Below are positions 37,704 through 49,447 of a stretch of DNA of 64,000 nt, piece after piece. Positions within the stretch are counted from its first letter, which is position 1. Each line of letters begins with the position of its first letter. Made by a program: the position numbers and the translations under genes. Under the pieces are notes generated by a model, which ran no database searches, had not been told where the DNA came from, and worked only from the letters and a program-made list of their open reading frames with translations. The stretch spans positions 713,697 to 777,696 of the forward strand of contig ML996699.1 in NCBI GenBank assembly GCA_010356995.1, in the 5' to 3' direction. This stretch comes from Trichodelitschia bisporula. Its lineage: Eukaryota.

Positions 37704-37904
37704 CTAGGCCTCCTGGTCTGAAGCGATCTGGCCCGTCGTCGCCATGCGCTTCAGGAGCTCCGCACGGTGCTTACATCCCGGACACATGTCGTCCCTAAAC
37801 ACGACCTGTGAGAAAGCCTCGTCTGCTTGAAGACTAGGATTTGCGGTGTCAGTAACGGTTGCGACTTGGTGGTTGCAAATGAAGATGATACGCGTGAGAA
37901 CCAT
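37704..37904 (-). CDS. Small CxH...CxxC protein g4 (66 aa), truncated by a premature TAG; decayed tail continues to about 37535
   Basis: MVLTRIIFICNH...DDMCPGCK; the relic SSTLL...ENCGTEAK downstream of the stop matches the g6 C-terminus. Confidence 0.65.
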   Translation of the reverse strand: MVLTRIIFICNHQVATVTDTANPSLQADEAFSQVVFRDDMCPGCKHRAELLKRMATTGQIASDQEA

Positions 37905-38381
37905 TTCGGGTGGCTAGTTTGGGTTGGGGTGCTAGGTTGAGAAGGGGATGACTGATGGAGGTGGTTAGGGACAGAGAGGAGGGATCACGGCTCAAGCGGA
38001 GCTTTTATACTACCTTTCCAGTCACATCTCACCTCAGTCACCCTTCGTCTAGGTGGCTCGCTTGCATCAGTCACCATACCTCCATTCCCGGTTCATCCTG
38101 TGGGTACGGTCACTCGCCGTGACACGGCTAGAGCGGAGTGTCTTCCCTATCATGAGAGTACTTGATCAAGCAATCCGGACTTTGTCCTTTCATTAAATCT
38201 AAGCTAGGCTACTACTATCCGACCTATATAGCATCTTAGCCTCGTGCGGCCTTGGGTCTGAGGCCGTTGAGCCTTCGGACGTGTAGTTCTTTTACAGCTC
38301 ACTGATATAGCGCGGGCATCACTCTCTCGACGAGAACTGAGCTTTGTTGTCCTTCATCTCGGTCCCGCGGTTTGAGTCCAC

Positions 38382-38645
38382 CTACTGGTCCGTAGGCTTA
38401 CGATCCGAGGGCTTGTCATCCGATAGCTTGAGTTCCGAAAGCATATGGTCCAGGGACTTATGATCCGAGCTCTCCTGATTCGAGGACTCATTCGTACCGG
38501 CCTTACAGTGGCGACATTTTTGCTCGGCGAAAATGTGCTGTGCACGCGTCCGCAGGTCCTCATGAGTAATTGAGCCTAGGCGATTGGGCAGGATTATGAT
38601 TATGGCGTCGTGGGGGCAGCTGACGTGGATTTGCAAGATAGGCAT
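38382..38645 (-). CDS. Small CxH...CxxC protein g5 (87 aa)
   Basis: MPILQIHVSCPH...KCRHCKAG; the TAG stop aligns with Trp (TGG) of g3 (PTDQ*VDSNRGTE vs PSDEWVNKNCGTE). Confidence 0.7.
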   Translation of the reverse strand: MPILQIHVSCPHDAIIIILPNRLGSITHEDLRTRAQHIFAEQKCRHCKAGTNESSNQESSDHKSLDHMLSELKLSDDKPSDRKPTDQ

Positions 38646-39057
38646 TTTGGGTAAAGGGAAATCGGGTGATACTTGGGTTGGCTGGTAAGTGGGCTTTTAT
38701 ACTACCTTTCTAGTCACTCGTCACCTCTATCACCTCCGTCTGGGTAACTGGCTGGTAGCAATCACTATACCTGCCGTTCCCGGGTTTACACGCGCTCGGC
38801 ATGGTGTCTCGTCATGATACTGCCCAGACAAATTATTTTACCATATACCGAGAAGTACTTCGCTTAATAAATCAATCAATTCAGATTCATTCATTCATTC
38901 ATTCATTCATTTATTCATTGAATTTAATCTAGACTACATTACTATCCGGCCCATACTACCATCTCAGCCTTGTCTGGCCTCGGGTCTTAGGCTATTGAGC
39001 TTCGGACTTGCAGCTTCTTAGACAGCTTAAAGTACAACCATCAGACTCTTGGTGATA

Positions 39058-39489
39058 CTAAGCACCGCTCTTCTCCGTTTCCGTTCCGCAGTCCTCATCC
39101 TTAAACTCAGTCCATAGAAGGGTTGACGAGGGTTCAGAGGGCTCGTGGTCTGAAGCCTCATGCTCCGATGACTTGTGGTCCGAAGCCTCGTGGTCCGATG
39201 ATTTGTAGTTCGAACCCTCATGCTCCGATGGCTCGTGGTCCGAACCCTCGTGCTCCGAAGCCTTACCCTCCGGAGCCTTATCATCCTCGGCCTGGTAGCC
39301 TGAAACATTGCGCCTATACTCCACAGCTACGCGGTTCAAGAGCTCATGGAGCTTGCACATGGGACAGATGTCTTCGCTGTACACGACCTCCGTAAAATGT
39401 GACTCGTCCCTAAGCAACCTAGGATCCTGACCGCTATCCATGCTTACGATCATGTGCTGGCAGCCGTAGAAGGTGCGATTGATGTCCAT
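39058..39489 (-). CDS. Small CxH...CxxC protein g6 (143 aa) with SDHE/SEHE pentapeptide tail
   Basis: MDINRTFYGCQH...EDICPMCK; tail SEHEGSDHEPSEHEG...DCGTETEK. Confidence 0.75.
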   Translation of the reverse strand: MDINRTFYGCQHMIVSMDSGQDPRLLRDESHFTEVVYSEDICPMCKLHELLNRVAVEYRRNVSGYQAEDDKAPEGKASEHEGSDHEPSEHEGSNYKSSDHEASDHKSSEHEASDHEPSEPSSTLLWTEFKDEDCGTETEKSGA

Positions 39490-39886
39490 TTTGGGCGATA
39501 GATATTTGGGTTGTGATGCTGAGTAAGGAAGGGGATGGTGGAGAGGAAGGATTGTGGGGGGAGAAGGAGGCTTTTATACTGCCTCTCCAGTCACTCCTCG
39601 CTTCTTGTCAACCTCCGCCTGGGTGATTGGCGGGCATCAGTCACCATACCTGCCATTTTACCATATCACGAGAAGTGCTTCAATCAAACAGTTCAGACTT
39701 CTTTCATTCATTAAATCTGAGCTTCGCTACCAGACTGCTATCTGACCCATGCAGCATCTCAGCCACGTGCGGCCTTGGGTCTAAGCCTTCGGACTTGCAG
39801 TTCTTACATAGTTTATTGACATAGTACAAATCTCACTCCGGCGAGACTAAACATTGCTCTTCTTCGGCTCGGGCGGCAGTTCGCAT

Positions 39887-40132
39887 TTACCTACTTTCCG
39901 AGGGCTTGTCGTCGGAGAGTTTGAGTTCCGAGAACATTTGGTCTAAGGATTCATGACCGGATGTCTCTTGGCCTGAGTTTTCCATTGTACTGGTCGTACA
40001 CGCGTGACAGCTGTCGTCGACAATTATGTGCTCTATGTGCGTCCGTGGGTCCCTAATAGAACCTGGGGAATCGGGCGGACCTATGATCGTGAGGCTGTGG
40101 GAGCAGGTGTAGTGGAATTGCAAGATAGCCAT
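39887..40132 (-). CDS. Small CxH...CxxC protein g7 (81 aa)
   Basis: MAILQFHYTCSH...DSCHAC; shares SLD.M.SELKLSDDKPS with g5. Confidence 0.7.
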   Translation of the reverse strand: MAILQFHYTCSHSLTIIGPPDSPGSIRDPRTHIEHIIVDDSCHACTTSTMENSGQETSGHESLDQMFSELKLSDDKPSESR

Positions 40133-40485
40133 TTCGGGTAAGGGGGAATTGGGTGATACTAGGCCGGCTGGTAAGTGTGTCTGATGAGAGAGAGGAAGGC
40201 GGGTGGAGAACGAGGCTTTTATACTACATTTCTCGTCACTCCTTGCCCCTAGTCACCTCCCTCTTGGTCACCTCAATCTAGGTAACTACTCGTATCAGTC
40301 ACCTCGCCCAGGGACGTCACCAATCACTTCAACTTTCATTCATTCATTGAATCTAAGCTAGGCTACACTACTCTCCGACCATCTGGAATCTCAGCCCCAT
40401 CCGGCCTGGGCAGTCGACCGTCAGCTTTTGAGATTTGCAGTTGGTACTGGTTCATCGACGTAGTACGGATGTTACTCGAGTGAGA

Positions 40486-41096
40486 CTAAACCTCGCTCTT
40501 CTTCGTCTCGTGTCCGTTATTCGCATGCAAAAGCTCCCAATCCGCATCCATCGAGTGGTCCGTGGGCTTGTCGTCCGAGGACTTTTCATCCGAGGGTTTG
40601 CCGTCTGAGGCCTCGTCGTCCGAGGACTCGTCGCACACGCAGTGGTGGTGGCGACACTCGCACGAGCACTGGGACCCGCACTCGTCGTCCTCGGTCTTCG
40701 CGTCCTTACTGTACGGACAGTTGGTGTCGATGTGACGCACGTTCGAGATATCCGGCCTAGACCCATTATAGATGAGCTCCTGATCGTCACCAGCGGTGAT
40801 CTTGATGTGGTAACAGTCCTATTTGGTGAGCGTGAGACCCGGTGGCGAGTCTGATGACGTCTTGAAGTCGTCAACTCAGGGCTTGGAGGGTGTGTGGACC
40901 GAGGTCAGGCGCTCCAGATGTCGTGAACCCAGGCATTTTCATGATAAAAGCCCATGCGATGACACTCCGGACACACGTTGCCGATGTTTTCCACCCTAGT
41001 GAAAACCGGCCCTTTCCCGGAATAAACGGGATCAACGCGGTGGCCGGCGTACATCGCGATGTGACCGCAGAGGTAATTCGTGTATGTGAGGCCCAT
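40486..41096 (-). pseudogene. g8: CxH...CxxC gene with an internally duplicated, disrupted second domain and a Cys/His-rich plus acidic tail
   Basis: ORF 40905..41096 MGLTYTNYLCGH...VCPEC; downstream GLTLTK*DCYHIKITAG...NCPYS, then CGSQCSCECRHHHCVC and SDDKP repeats ending NGHETKKSEV. Confidence 0.65.
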
Positions 41097-41724
41097 TTTA
41101 AGTAAAGGGATTTGGATTATGAGGTTGAGTTTGGAAAAAGATGGCTGGTGGAAGAGGATGGCGATGGAGAGGAAGGAGTGTAGCTCGAAAACGAGGCTTT
41201 ATGATACCTCTTCTGTGGCGCCTCACGTTTTGTCACCTCCATCGTGATCACCCCCGTCTCCATCTCCATCACCTCCATCTAGGTGGCTAACTCGGTTCTG
41301 TCACCATACTTGTCGCCGGCAGTTCTAACGCTGTTAACACGGTGCTTCGTCGTGATACCGCCCGGATAAAGTGACTTACCATTTCACGAGAAGTGAATTC
41401 AAGGGATCCAGCCTCCACACATACTCGTAGACATCGAAGACATCGAAGACATCGAAGCATGCACGTAAGGCAGGAGCACTGCTCTGCAGGAGGGAACATG
41501 ATGTAATATGCGCACATTGGGGGAAGGAGCATGCAAGTATACTTGACACCACTGTGTACTTCTTCTCGAGCGTCTTTTGACTCGCTTTTTCTTCTTGTCT
41601 TCCATTGACTCTTCACTTCACTGTAGCCATCTGCACGTGCTAAGCCTATGCTTCCGTTAAGGAAGACATCTCGGACTCAGAATGAACACCGGTGCAAGCC
41701 AAAACGGGTATCAAATTAAGCCGC

Positions 41725-44002
41725 CTACTTGCGTCCCAACATCGTATTCCCACTCGCACTCCTTCTCTCCTTCTTCCGCCACTCACTCTTATCACTCTTA
41801 TCCCTCTCTCCACCCTCATCCCTCCGCGGAGGCTTCTTCCTTCCCTGCGGCATAAACGACACCTCCCTCTCCCCAACCACGCCGCGCTTAACCACCCCCG
41901 CCGACTTATCCTTCAACTTGCCAACCCGGTCACCAAATGCCTTCTCCATCTTTGGCTTGCTCTTCCCTGCGCTCGAAACCACCATCCTCGGGCCCTCCTC
42001 AGCCCGAGCCTTAGCAGCACTCTTCTTCCGATCCGCGATCTGCGTCTTCCGCCTGTACCCACCGCCCTCACTCTCCTCACTCTCACTCCCACTCGAGTCC
42101 TCATTCCCGCGCCGCGCCTCCTCGAGCTCCGCCTCCTCAACGGCAGTAAGGCCCTTCGGCAACCGCCGCGGCTCATCTCGGACCAACGTGCTAGGATTGA
42201 GACTGCGGAACTCAGCACTGCGCTCATTGATCTCAAACGCCTCGTCCTGGAACAGGCGGGCAAAGCGGTCGTCAGTAAGGATATCCGGGCGTCTGGAGTC
42301 GACGGCGTCGCCGCCAACCTCCTCCTCCTCCTCTGCCTCGGACACTTCCTTGGGCTCTGCCGGCTCATCGCCACCTTGCTTGAGGACGCGACGCGCACGA
42401 CGCGCCTCGTTCTTGGCCTCGCGCTCGAGCACGCGCTCCGCCAACCGGCGGTTAACCTTGACAGCAACCTTCTTCGCGCCACGGATGCGAGACTCGCGCT
42501 CCTTGTCGATGCGGGCCTTGATACTCTTCGCGCGCTGGTCGGCCCAGAGGGTAGGATTGGACAGCAGGGCAGCTTCTTCGTAGAGCTTCTGCGCGACGAA
42601 GAAGCCGTGCATGTAGGGGCGGAGGAGCGCGGTTTGGCCCACAAGGTGGTCGATGTTGAGCACGCGCAGCTGGGCGGGGGTCAGGAACTTGAAGTTGTCG
42701 TAGACGGCGCCAGTTTGCTGCGTGGTGCTGAAGGCGGATGGGTCGGTGGGGTCCTCGGCGAGTTCTTCGACGAGGTTGTCGAGGAAGGCGCACCATTTCG
42801 GGGCTGGGCCGAGCTGGGGGATGAAGAATGCGTGCTGTTGCTTGCCTTCGTTGGCTGTCAGTAGCATGCCGCTGTCGGAGCACCATTCGACGTGGTTTAG
42901 GTCGACGGCTGGCTCGACGGCGGTCCATGGGTCGCCGGTCGTCGGGTCCCAGAGCTTGATGATGCGCTTGTCTGCGGAGAGGATTTTGGGGTCAGTGGTC
43001 TGGGCGCGAGTGCGCGAGGAGGACTCTAGGAACTTGAGCGTCTGGATGGGGTATCCATAGCCTTGGTCTTTTTTTAGCAGTGGAACGGGCGAGCGGAGGT
43101 CGTAGAGGTGGATGAGTCCAGTAGAGGAACCGGTGGCGAGAGTTAGCCCGTCACGGCGGAAAGAGAGGGCGGTGACTTCAGTGGCGGCATTCATGCTGTC
43201 GGGTGTAGGGTCACGGGGAAGTGAGAGGATGCCGATCCGGCTGCGCGAGCGCGGGTCGAAGAATTCGACTGTGCCGAGCGACGTGCCGAACGCAAGCAGG
43301 TTGTGGCTCTCCTCCGCTACGGCAGCCGTGTTAACGGCACCGACGCTGAGACTGCCTTGTAGGGTTCCTGAGTTGAGGGCGTCTGGATCGTCGCCACCGA
43401 CGTCGACTTCATAGCCCTTCATGAAACGCCCCAGTTCCAGGTTTAACCGAAACACTTCGCCATTTCCCTCCGCGTTGAGACCCACGGACGGTACCAGGGC
43501 CTCAGCGGATCGCCGGTCGTAGACCAGGTCGCGGCCATACCGCGGGATTCGTGTCTTGTAGTGGCATCCACCGGGGCTTTGGAACTCAAGGTAGCGGTCA
43601 GTCTGGAGATGGAGAGATTTGGAGTAGTCGGAAGAGAGGAGGATGAAGGTTTGGTTGAGAGTGTCGGTGTGGCGGGCGAAGGAGAGGGCGAGGTGGGGTA
43701 GGTAGTGCGTGTGTATTTGCGGCTTGTATGTGCCTGCGTCGTGTCAGTTCTTCGTCCTGGACTTCCGTCGTGCAGCTTAACACACCTGTACTCATCACCC
43801 AGTTTCCATCTTCGCTGACCCGCACGCACGAACTGGACTCTTCAAACTCAAAGTCCTGCAACAGTTCTATGCGGTTCGCAAACTCGGGGTCTTGCTTCAG
43901 ACTGCGTTTTCGTTTGCGGATGAGCCAGTCTGGGAGAGGCCGTGCGGTCGATGACCCGGCTATAGTATAGACCGGAACTGCAGAGTGTGTGGAGAGCTTC
44001 AT
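41725..44002 (-). CDS. ENP2: Ribosome biogenesis WD40 protein Enp2/NOL10; intron 43734-43785
   Basis: LPDWL.RKRKRSLK.D....RIELLQDFEF, STG|TYKPQIH, FFIPQLGPAPKWCAFLDNLVEEL, YDNFKFLT, LRPYMHGFF, NUC153-like DDRFARLF. Confidence 0.95.
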
Positions 44003-44471
44003 TGCAGTGAGGACAGATGCAATGAAGCCGTGATGTTTTCTGTGGATATCAAAGAGGCGCAAAAAGTTGTCCTCGACCCCAGCGTGCAGGGCTGGACGCT
44101 AGTCTTGTCTTGTCCTTAGCGCGACAGCTCGCATAACTAGTTCGAAGTAGGCCTAGACCGGACGCAGGCGATTGCATCAGTCCTCGTGTGCATGTTGTGC
44201 AAGTTGTGCCTGGGACGACAAACCACCAGCCAAACGTCCTTCAGAACTGGTTCAACTCACGGAGCTTCGGTCTAGACGCCTCTTCCCTTCCGCTTAAGTC
44301 GCTTCGGCTCGCAGTGGCTACGAATACCCGCTCATATCTCCCCTTATCACAGCGGCAGCTTCCTCATGACCGCCAGCGCAAAGCGCGAACGCGCCGCGGC
44401 TCTTTATCGTTGATGCAGACAATCATCAAAGACAGTCGCCTTTACCATCTTGACGTTCCGTAACCCCCGCT

Positions 44472-47400
44472 ATGGACTTCTTACGCTCCTGCTACACCGG
44501 AGTCCAGACTCTCAGCGGCTTTACGCATGTCGCCTACAAGATCTACACGCTCGCGAAGAGGCCGCAGGGCACCGAAGATACCCGCGCCAGCTGGGAGAAT
44601 CTCTGGGCCGTGGAACGCCATCTACGCGAGAACAAGGTCATTGGACATTTGGACTACTCGCGATGCACGCTGTGGGTATTTGAGGCCGGAGAGACGGTCA
44701 GCTTCCAGACTGGCCCGCTGGAAGACGCGACAAGCTGTGCGCTGACCCGTATGCTTTCGTAACTCCCCCCCTAAGCGCAACTACTGATGCCCCCCCTAGA
44801 AGTCTTCTTTGGAACCCTAAAAGCAGCTGATCTCTTGTACTGCAATCGTCCGCTTTCTACTCCCACGCCGTCGCCTGGTGCCGGCCCTCATGGAACACCT
44901 TCCAACACCTTGCGTGCCTCGCAGATGGCCAACCTGCGGGCGATGCAGCAGAATGCGGCAGCCCAAACGACCCAGGACAACTCTCCTGTGGCGGATATAC
45001 GTACCGTACACGCAATATTCTGCTCTGGCATCACTTCCATGGTGTTGTACCATCTTGCCCGTTACCAGCAGGCGGTTCCCCTGGACTCTCGCACCTTCGT
45101 GCTTCCGTCCTTACATCCTACTCCCAAACCTGCTCGCTTGCAGCCCGTCGTCTTGGACGTGTATCTCACGAGCAACGGCACGCTCGTCATTGCCAGTAAT
45201 GGAGCGGCCAGCTTTTGCCCATTATCGCCGCTCATTCTTCCAAGGCGCGAAGCCCTTGTCGTCTATGTCGCTCCGTGTGGAACACTGGCTCTCGTCAGCG
45301 ATGAGGAAGTCGACTTTGACGGTAGCGAATCCCGTTTATGGCGTGGGTTAGTCGAAGCGGCGCTTGATCAGAAGGGCATCGTCCTCCCAAATCTGGACCG
45401 CGAGAGTAGCTGGGTGCGCCTTCGGAGTCAATTCCCGCAAGGAGACCAGAGTTTTACGCCGCAGAACTTTCTATGGCCAGCCGAGCTTTGCTTTCAACAC
45501 TCGCCGGATCCTGTTGAAAGACTGGATTCTGACGGTGTCGATGGGCTCGGCAAGCTCCAGTCGTTGCCTCCATCCTCATGGTTCTACAATCCGGATCACA
45601 GCGGCTACATCAGCCCATGGGACTTTGCAGAGAAGTGGTTACTCGGCAAGCCGGAGCGAGATCGCATGCTAGAGGCGCAACGGCAGCGTCAGATCGATAT
45701 GGAAACCGCACAGAAGCACGCTGAATCCGCCGCGGCCGCCTCCTCGCCTCTGAACAACCGCAACGTGAACTACTCCGACATCCACATCAACTCTGGCGTG
45801 TACCCTACCCCACCCGACGGAATCATATCGCAGGCAACGACGGTGGCTGCCCATCCAGACATTCCTGCGCTCTCTGGGCCGTTTGACGGCAACTCCGCTA
45901 TGCAAATTGATTCCAAAGGGCCCGTGGATATGAACTTGACCGATTTCGATTTCGGGTCCCGCGGAAGGCAAGACCACTCTATGGGCGATGATCTGTTTGG
46001 TGACATGGATGAAGATGACTTCGTCGGCAACGACATTACCGATGCGGATTTTAGTTTCTTCGACGAGCCCGACGATGTCGGACACCCGGGTGGAGCCGAC
46101 GCGACCGCCGGGGCATCGGAGCCTCAGGTTGTAGTGGTTAAAGAAGGCCCGGCAGATGAGACTGAAGCGCTGGCTCTGGTCAAGACAGACACGCCTTTCA
46201 ATGACAATCCAAAGCCAGATCTACACTCGGGCGGGCAAGAGCTCGAAGTCAAGCAGCCGCTCAACAGCCCGCCAATAGTTTTGCGACCCATTCTAACGCC
46301 CATCTCGGTCCGCCAAAAGCTCTTCTCTGCAAACTCGCTCAATGACTCTAACGCGCGTCGGCAAAGCGCCTTTGAGCACGTGTCCTTCAGCTCGGAAATC
46401 GACCGCACCGACGCTAAGTACTCGTCTAACGGTCCCTTCTTTGTGCCTGATGACGCAAAGCGAAAGCCGGATGAAAAGGCGACGAGCAAGAGTCTGCCCC
46501 CTAGCAGAGCAAAGCGGCGGAAGGTTACGCAGCCGCAGGGCGTAAAGTTGGAAATAGCGTATGATAGTGACGGAGACAGCGTTACTTCTAGTGCGTCCGA
46601 CGACGATCTCGAGTACTCTTATGACATTGCATCGCCGGCCAACCAGCTGTATGCAGATAAGCGTGTTACAGGCTTGCGGGAGGAGGGCACGGCATCGTTG
46701 GCTACATCGCCTGGTGATTTTATGGGCGATGCTACAACGGCAACGCATCCCAACCAGAAGGTTTGACTCCGTACTTTCGCATATTCCATCTCCCTAACTC
46801 GAACAGGAACTTGTCGAACGCCTGGCCGCCGTCCTTACGCCCGAGAACTCGACCCAACGCACCGGCGTCCCGCAGCCATCATGCATGGACCGTTTCATGG
46901 CCCTCGACCGGTTGTCCGGCACCCGATCGAGGCCGCAAGAACGTGCCAAACCACCCGACAGTCCGCTCAACCCTATGAACAAGGACTTTATCAGCGTTGC
47001 CCAAATTATCGCCGAGCAGGTCATCTTTAGCACTCTCGGTAAGAATTCGTAATGTACTCTCGTACCCTCTAACGTGGACAGACATCTTGCAGCCGCCGCG
47101 CAAGCTATTCGGCTCGGGCAATGCTCAGCAACCAATCGATTATACGGCGCAATATGTCCACGCCACTAACCTGGCCGTGCGCCAACTCTTCCAGAGCGCA
47201 GTTGACTGTGACCTCTTAAAGTTCATCTCCATCCAGGAAGCCACGGAGCAACCATCGAAACAACAGCAACAGACCCGCCAGATACCGCGTCGCACGAATA
47301 GCTCCGGCGGCCCGGTAGACTCCACAAGCTTCCCCCTCAACCACGTCACAGTCTTACAACCACCACACGTCCGGCTCCGCCGCGGCGACGCCTGCTGGGA

Positions 47401-49051
47401 TATTCTACCAACCGCCCTTCCATTCTGGGAGTACCTAGGCCTAGCCCCAACAAGCGGGCCCAAGAACATAACGGCCTACGCCATCTACCCTGGCAACGAC
47501 GACCTGAAGGGCCAGGTCAAGTACTTCATAGATGCACTGGCCAACACATACGAAACCTGCAAGCTGGGCAGCTTCGCCCTGGGCGATGGCATCGGCGGGT
47601 ATGACGACGCGCTCTTCCCCGTGCACATCGGCGAGAATTATTCCATGACCGCGGCGTCCAAAGCGCTCCACCAGCTATGCAACCACGTGGGCCGTGCCCT
47701 CGCCAGCGCCGAAGCCAAACGGCGAAGCGATGACTCGAAAGCTATCGACAACTTCGTGGTCTTCATGATAAATCCCTTCAACACGCGAAACGGCATCGCA
47801 GAGCTGTGCAGCGCCTTCTGGACACTTTACCAAGGGTACCGGCAACCCCCCCGCTCTCCAACCCTCAAATCCACCCGCCCAGACCTGGTCCTGCAAATCA
47901 TACCCATCGCATACGTCGCCGCGCCCTTCACCATGGTGCTCCCAGAGGTCGGGACCATGCAGCGCCTAGCCCGAGAAGTCTACGACCGGTGTCCGCCCGC
48001 CGTGCCCGCCGCCGACCCCTCGCGCCTGCGCATCTACTCCGCCCCCTCCATCCAGCTCGAAGAATCCCTCCCCAAGAGCATCCAATTCAAACTCATCCCC
48101 GACCCCCCATCAGACCTCCTATACGAAAACTCAAAACTGCACCTCGGGTACGCGCGCTCCTGCGACAAAGCCTGGCTCACGGCCGCCTGGACCGATAGTT
48201 CGGGCAAGTACCAAGCTACGGCGAGCTACAACCTCTCCAACCGCCCGTTCTTCGACCTCGCTAAAGAACTCTGGGCCTCCACGCTGGACATCCTCTCCGA
48301 GCGGAGAATAACCTGGCGTCTAGCGATAACCCGCGTGGGTACGATGGAGCGCGACGAGCTGGATGCCTGGATCACGCTCGCCTCGGCCCCCGCCCCGCTC
48401 ACCATCGTCACAGCAATAACAACTATCGATCCCAACCCACAGACGAGCATATTTCACCGCGCCGACCCGACGCCCCCGCCCGCGCCGACGCCCGTTGCTA
48501 CCCCCGGCGCCGCGAGCGGTATTTCCGCCTCTTCCGCCCCAGACGCCCCGCACGCCCTAACCCCGGCGGCAACGCCCTCCGCCTCCGCCGACGGCGCCTC
48601 CGACCCAAGTAGCGACCCAGACGCACATCTCGTCGACCCCAGCGACGAAACATGGGGCGTAGTCCTCGGACACCGCCCCCCTCCCCCCAGCACCTCCCTC
48701 GACACACGGCCCTTACTCGCCTCCGGCTTCCTGCTACACCCACCCCCCGCCCCCGGCGCCCCTATCTCACCCATGGACTGCGACTCGGAGGGGGGAAACT
48801 CAGGGCGGGGAATGGACGTTATGGGCGTGCACCTAGTCTGGGTGGGCAGGGCGGGGGGTGTAGAAGCGGGGGTCGTGCCGAAGGGGACGGCGGAGGGGAT
48901 GTTGAAGGAGTATCTTGTGCTGTGGAGGGGGTTGGCGCTTTTGGCGCGGGTGAGGGGACTACGGGGGGGCGGGGCTAGGGGGTTGCCGTGGCATGTGCTT
49001 GTTGCGCTTAGGGGGGTGGAGGGGTTGGAGGGTGTTCTTGGGGAGGGGTGA
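44472..49051 (+). CDS. MED13: Mediator kinase-module subunit Med13 (Ssn2/Srb9); introns about 44749-44799, 46761-46806, 47039-47081
   Basis: FLWPAELCF, YPTPPDG, ITDADFSFFDEP, ILPTALPFWEYLGLAPTSGPKNI, LHLGYARS..WLTAAWTD, LPWHV C-terminus. Confidence 0.9.
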
Positions 49052-49447
49052 GAGTGCTTTGTAGAGAGAGTGCTTTGTAGAGAAATGCAGTTCATATCTG
49101 TGTCGGTGTGAAGTGAGATGTGGTGATGGCATTGCTGATTTCCCTGTCTTGTTACAGGCGTAAGCTGCTAATGACCGCTCTTCCCCACAAACGGACTGGG
49201 GACAAAGAAAGCAATCTGACCCTCCCTCCCTACCCAGCACACGGCAAGCGGCATATCACATCCCACACATAGCAAACAGACTCATACATAAGGAGCCTAC
49301 AGCAGCTCAAATCCATTCGGCAGAGTCATTAAGCTTTTCCGCCTCAAAATGGTGCGTCTAAACTTTTAGCACAACCTCAAAGCTTCGAAAAATCATATCT
49401 TCCCCCTTCGCCGGGGTATATCCCCCCTACTCCATGCTATAACGCGC

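Larger units (their letters stand above)
37346..41400 (-). repeat. Tandem array of five 0.65-1.05 kb units, each carrying one small CxH...CxxC gene
   Basis: Recurring blocks on +: ACCATATCACGAGAAGTGCTTCAA (37346, ~38146, 38840, 39660, 41378); TTCATT(G/A)AATCTAAGCTAGGCT; GCCTTCGGACTTGCAG; GCTTTTATACTACC (38001, 38693, 39570, 40215); TCTAGGTGGCT...CAGTCACCATACC. Confidence 0.9.

Noticed and set aside
33121..41096. Micro-genes as secreted cysteine-rich effectors
   Set aside because: No N-terminal signal peptides are evident, and CxH...CxxC fits metal ligation better than disulfides.
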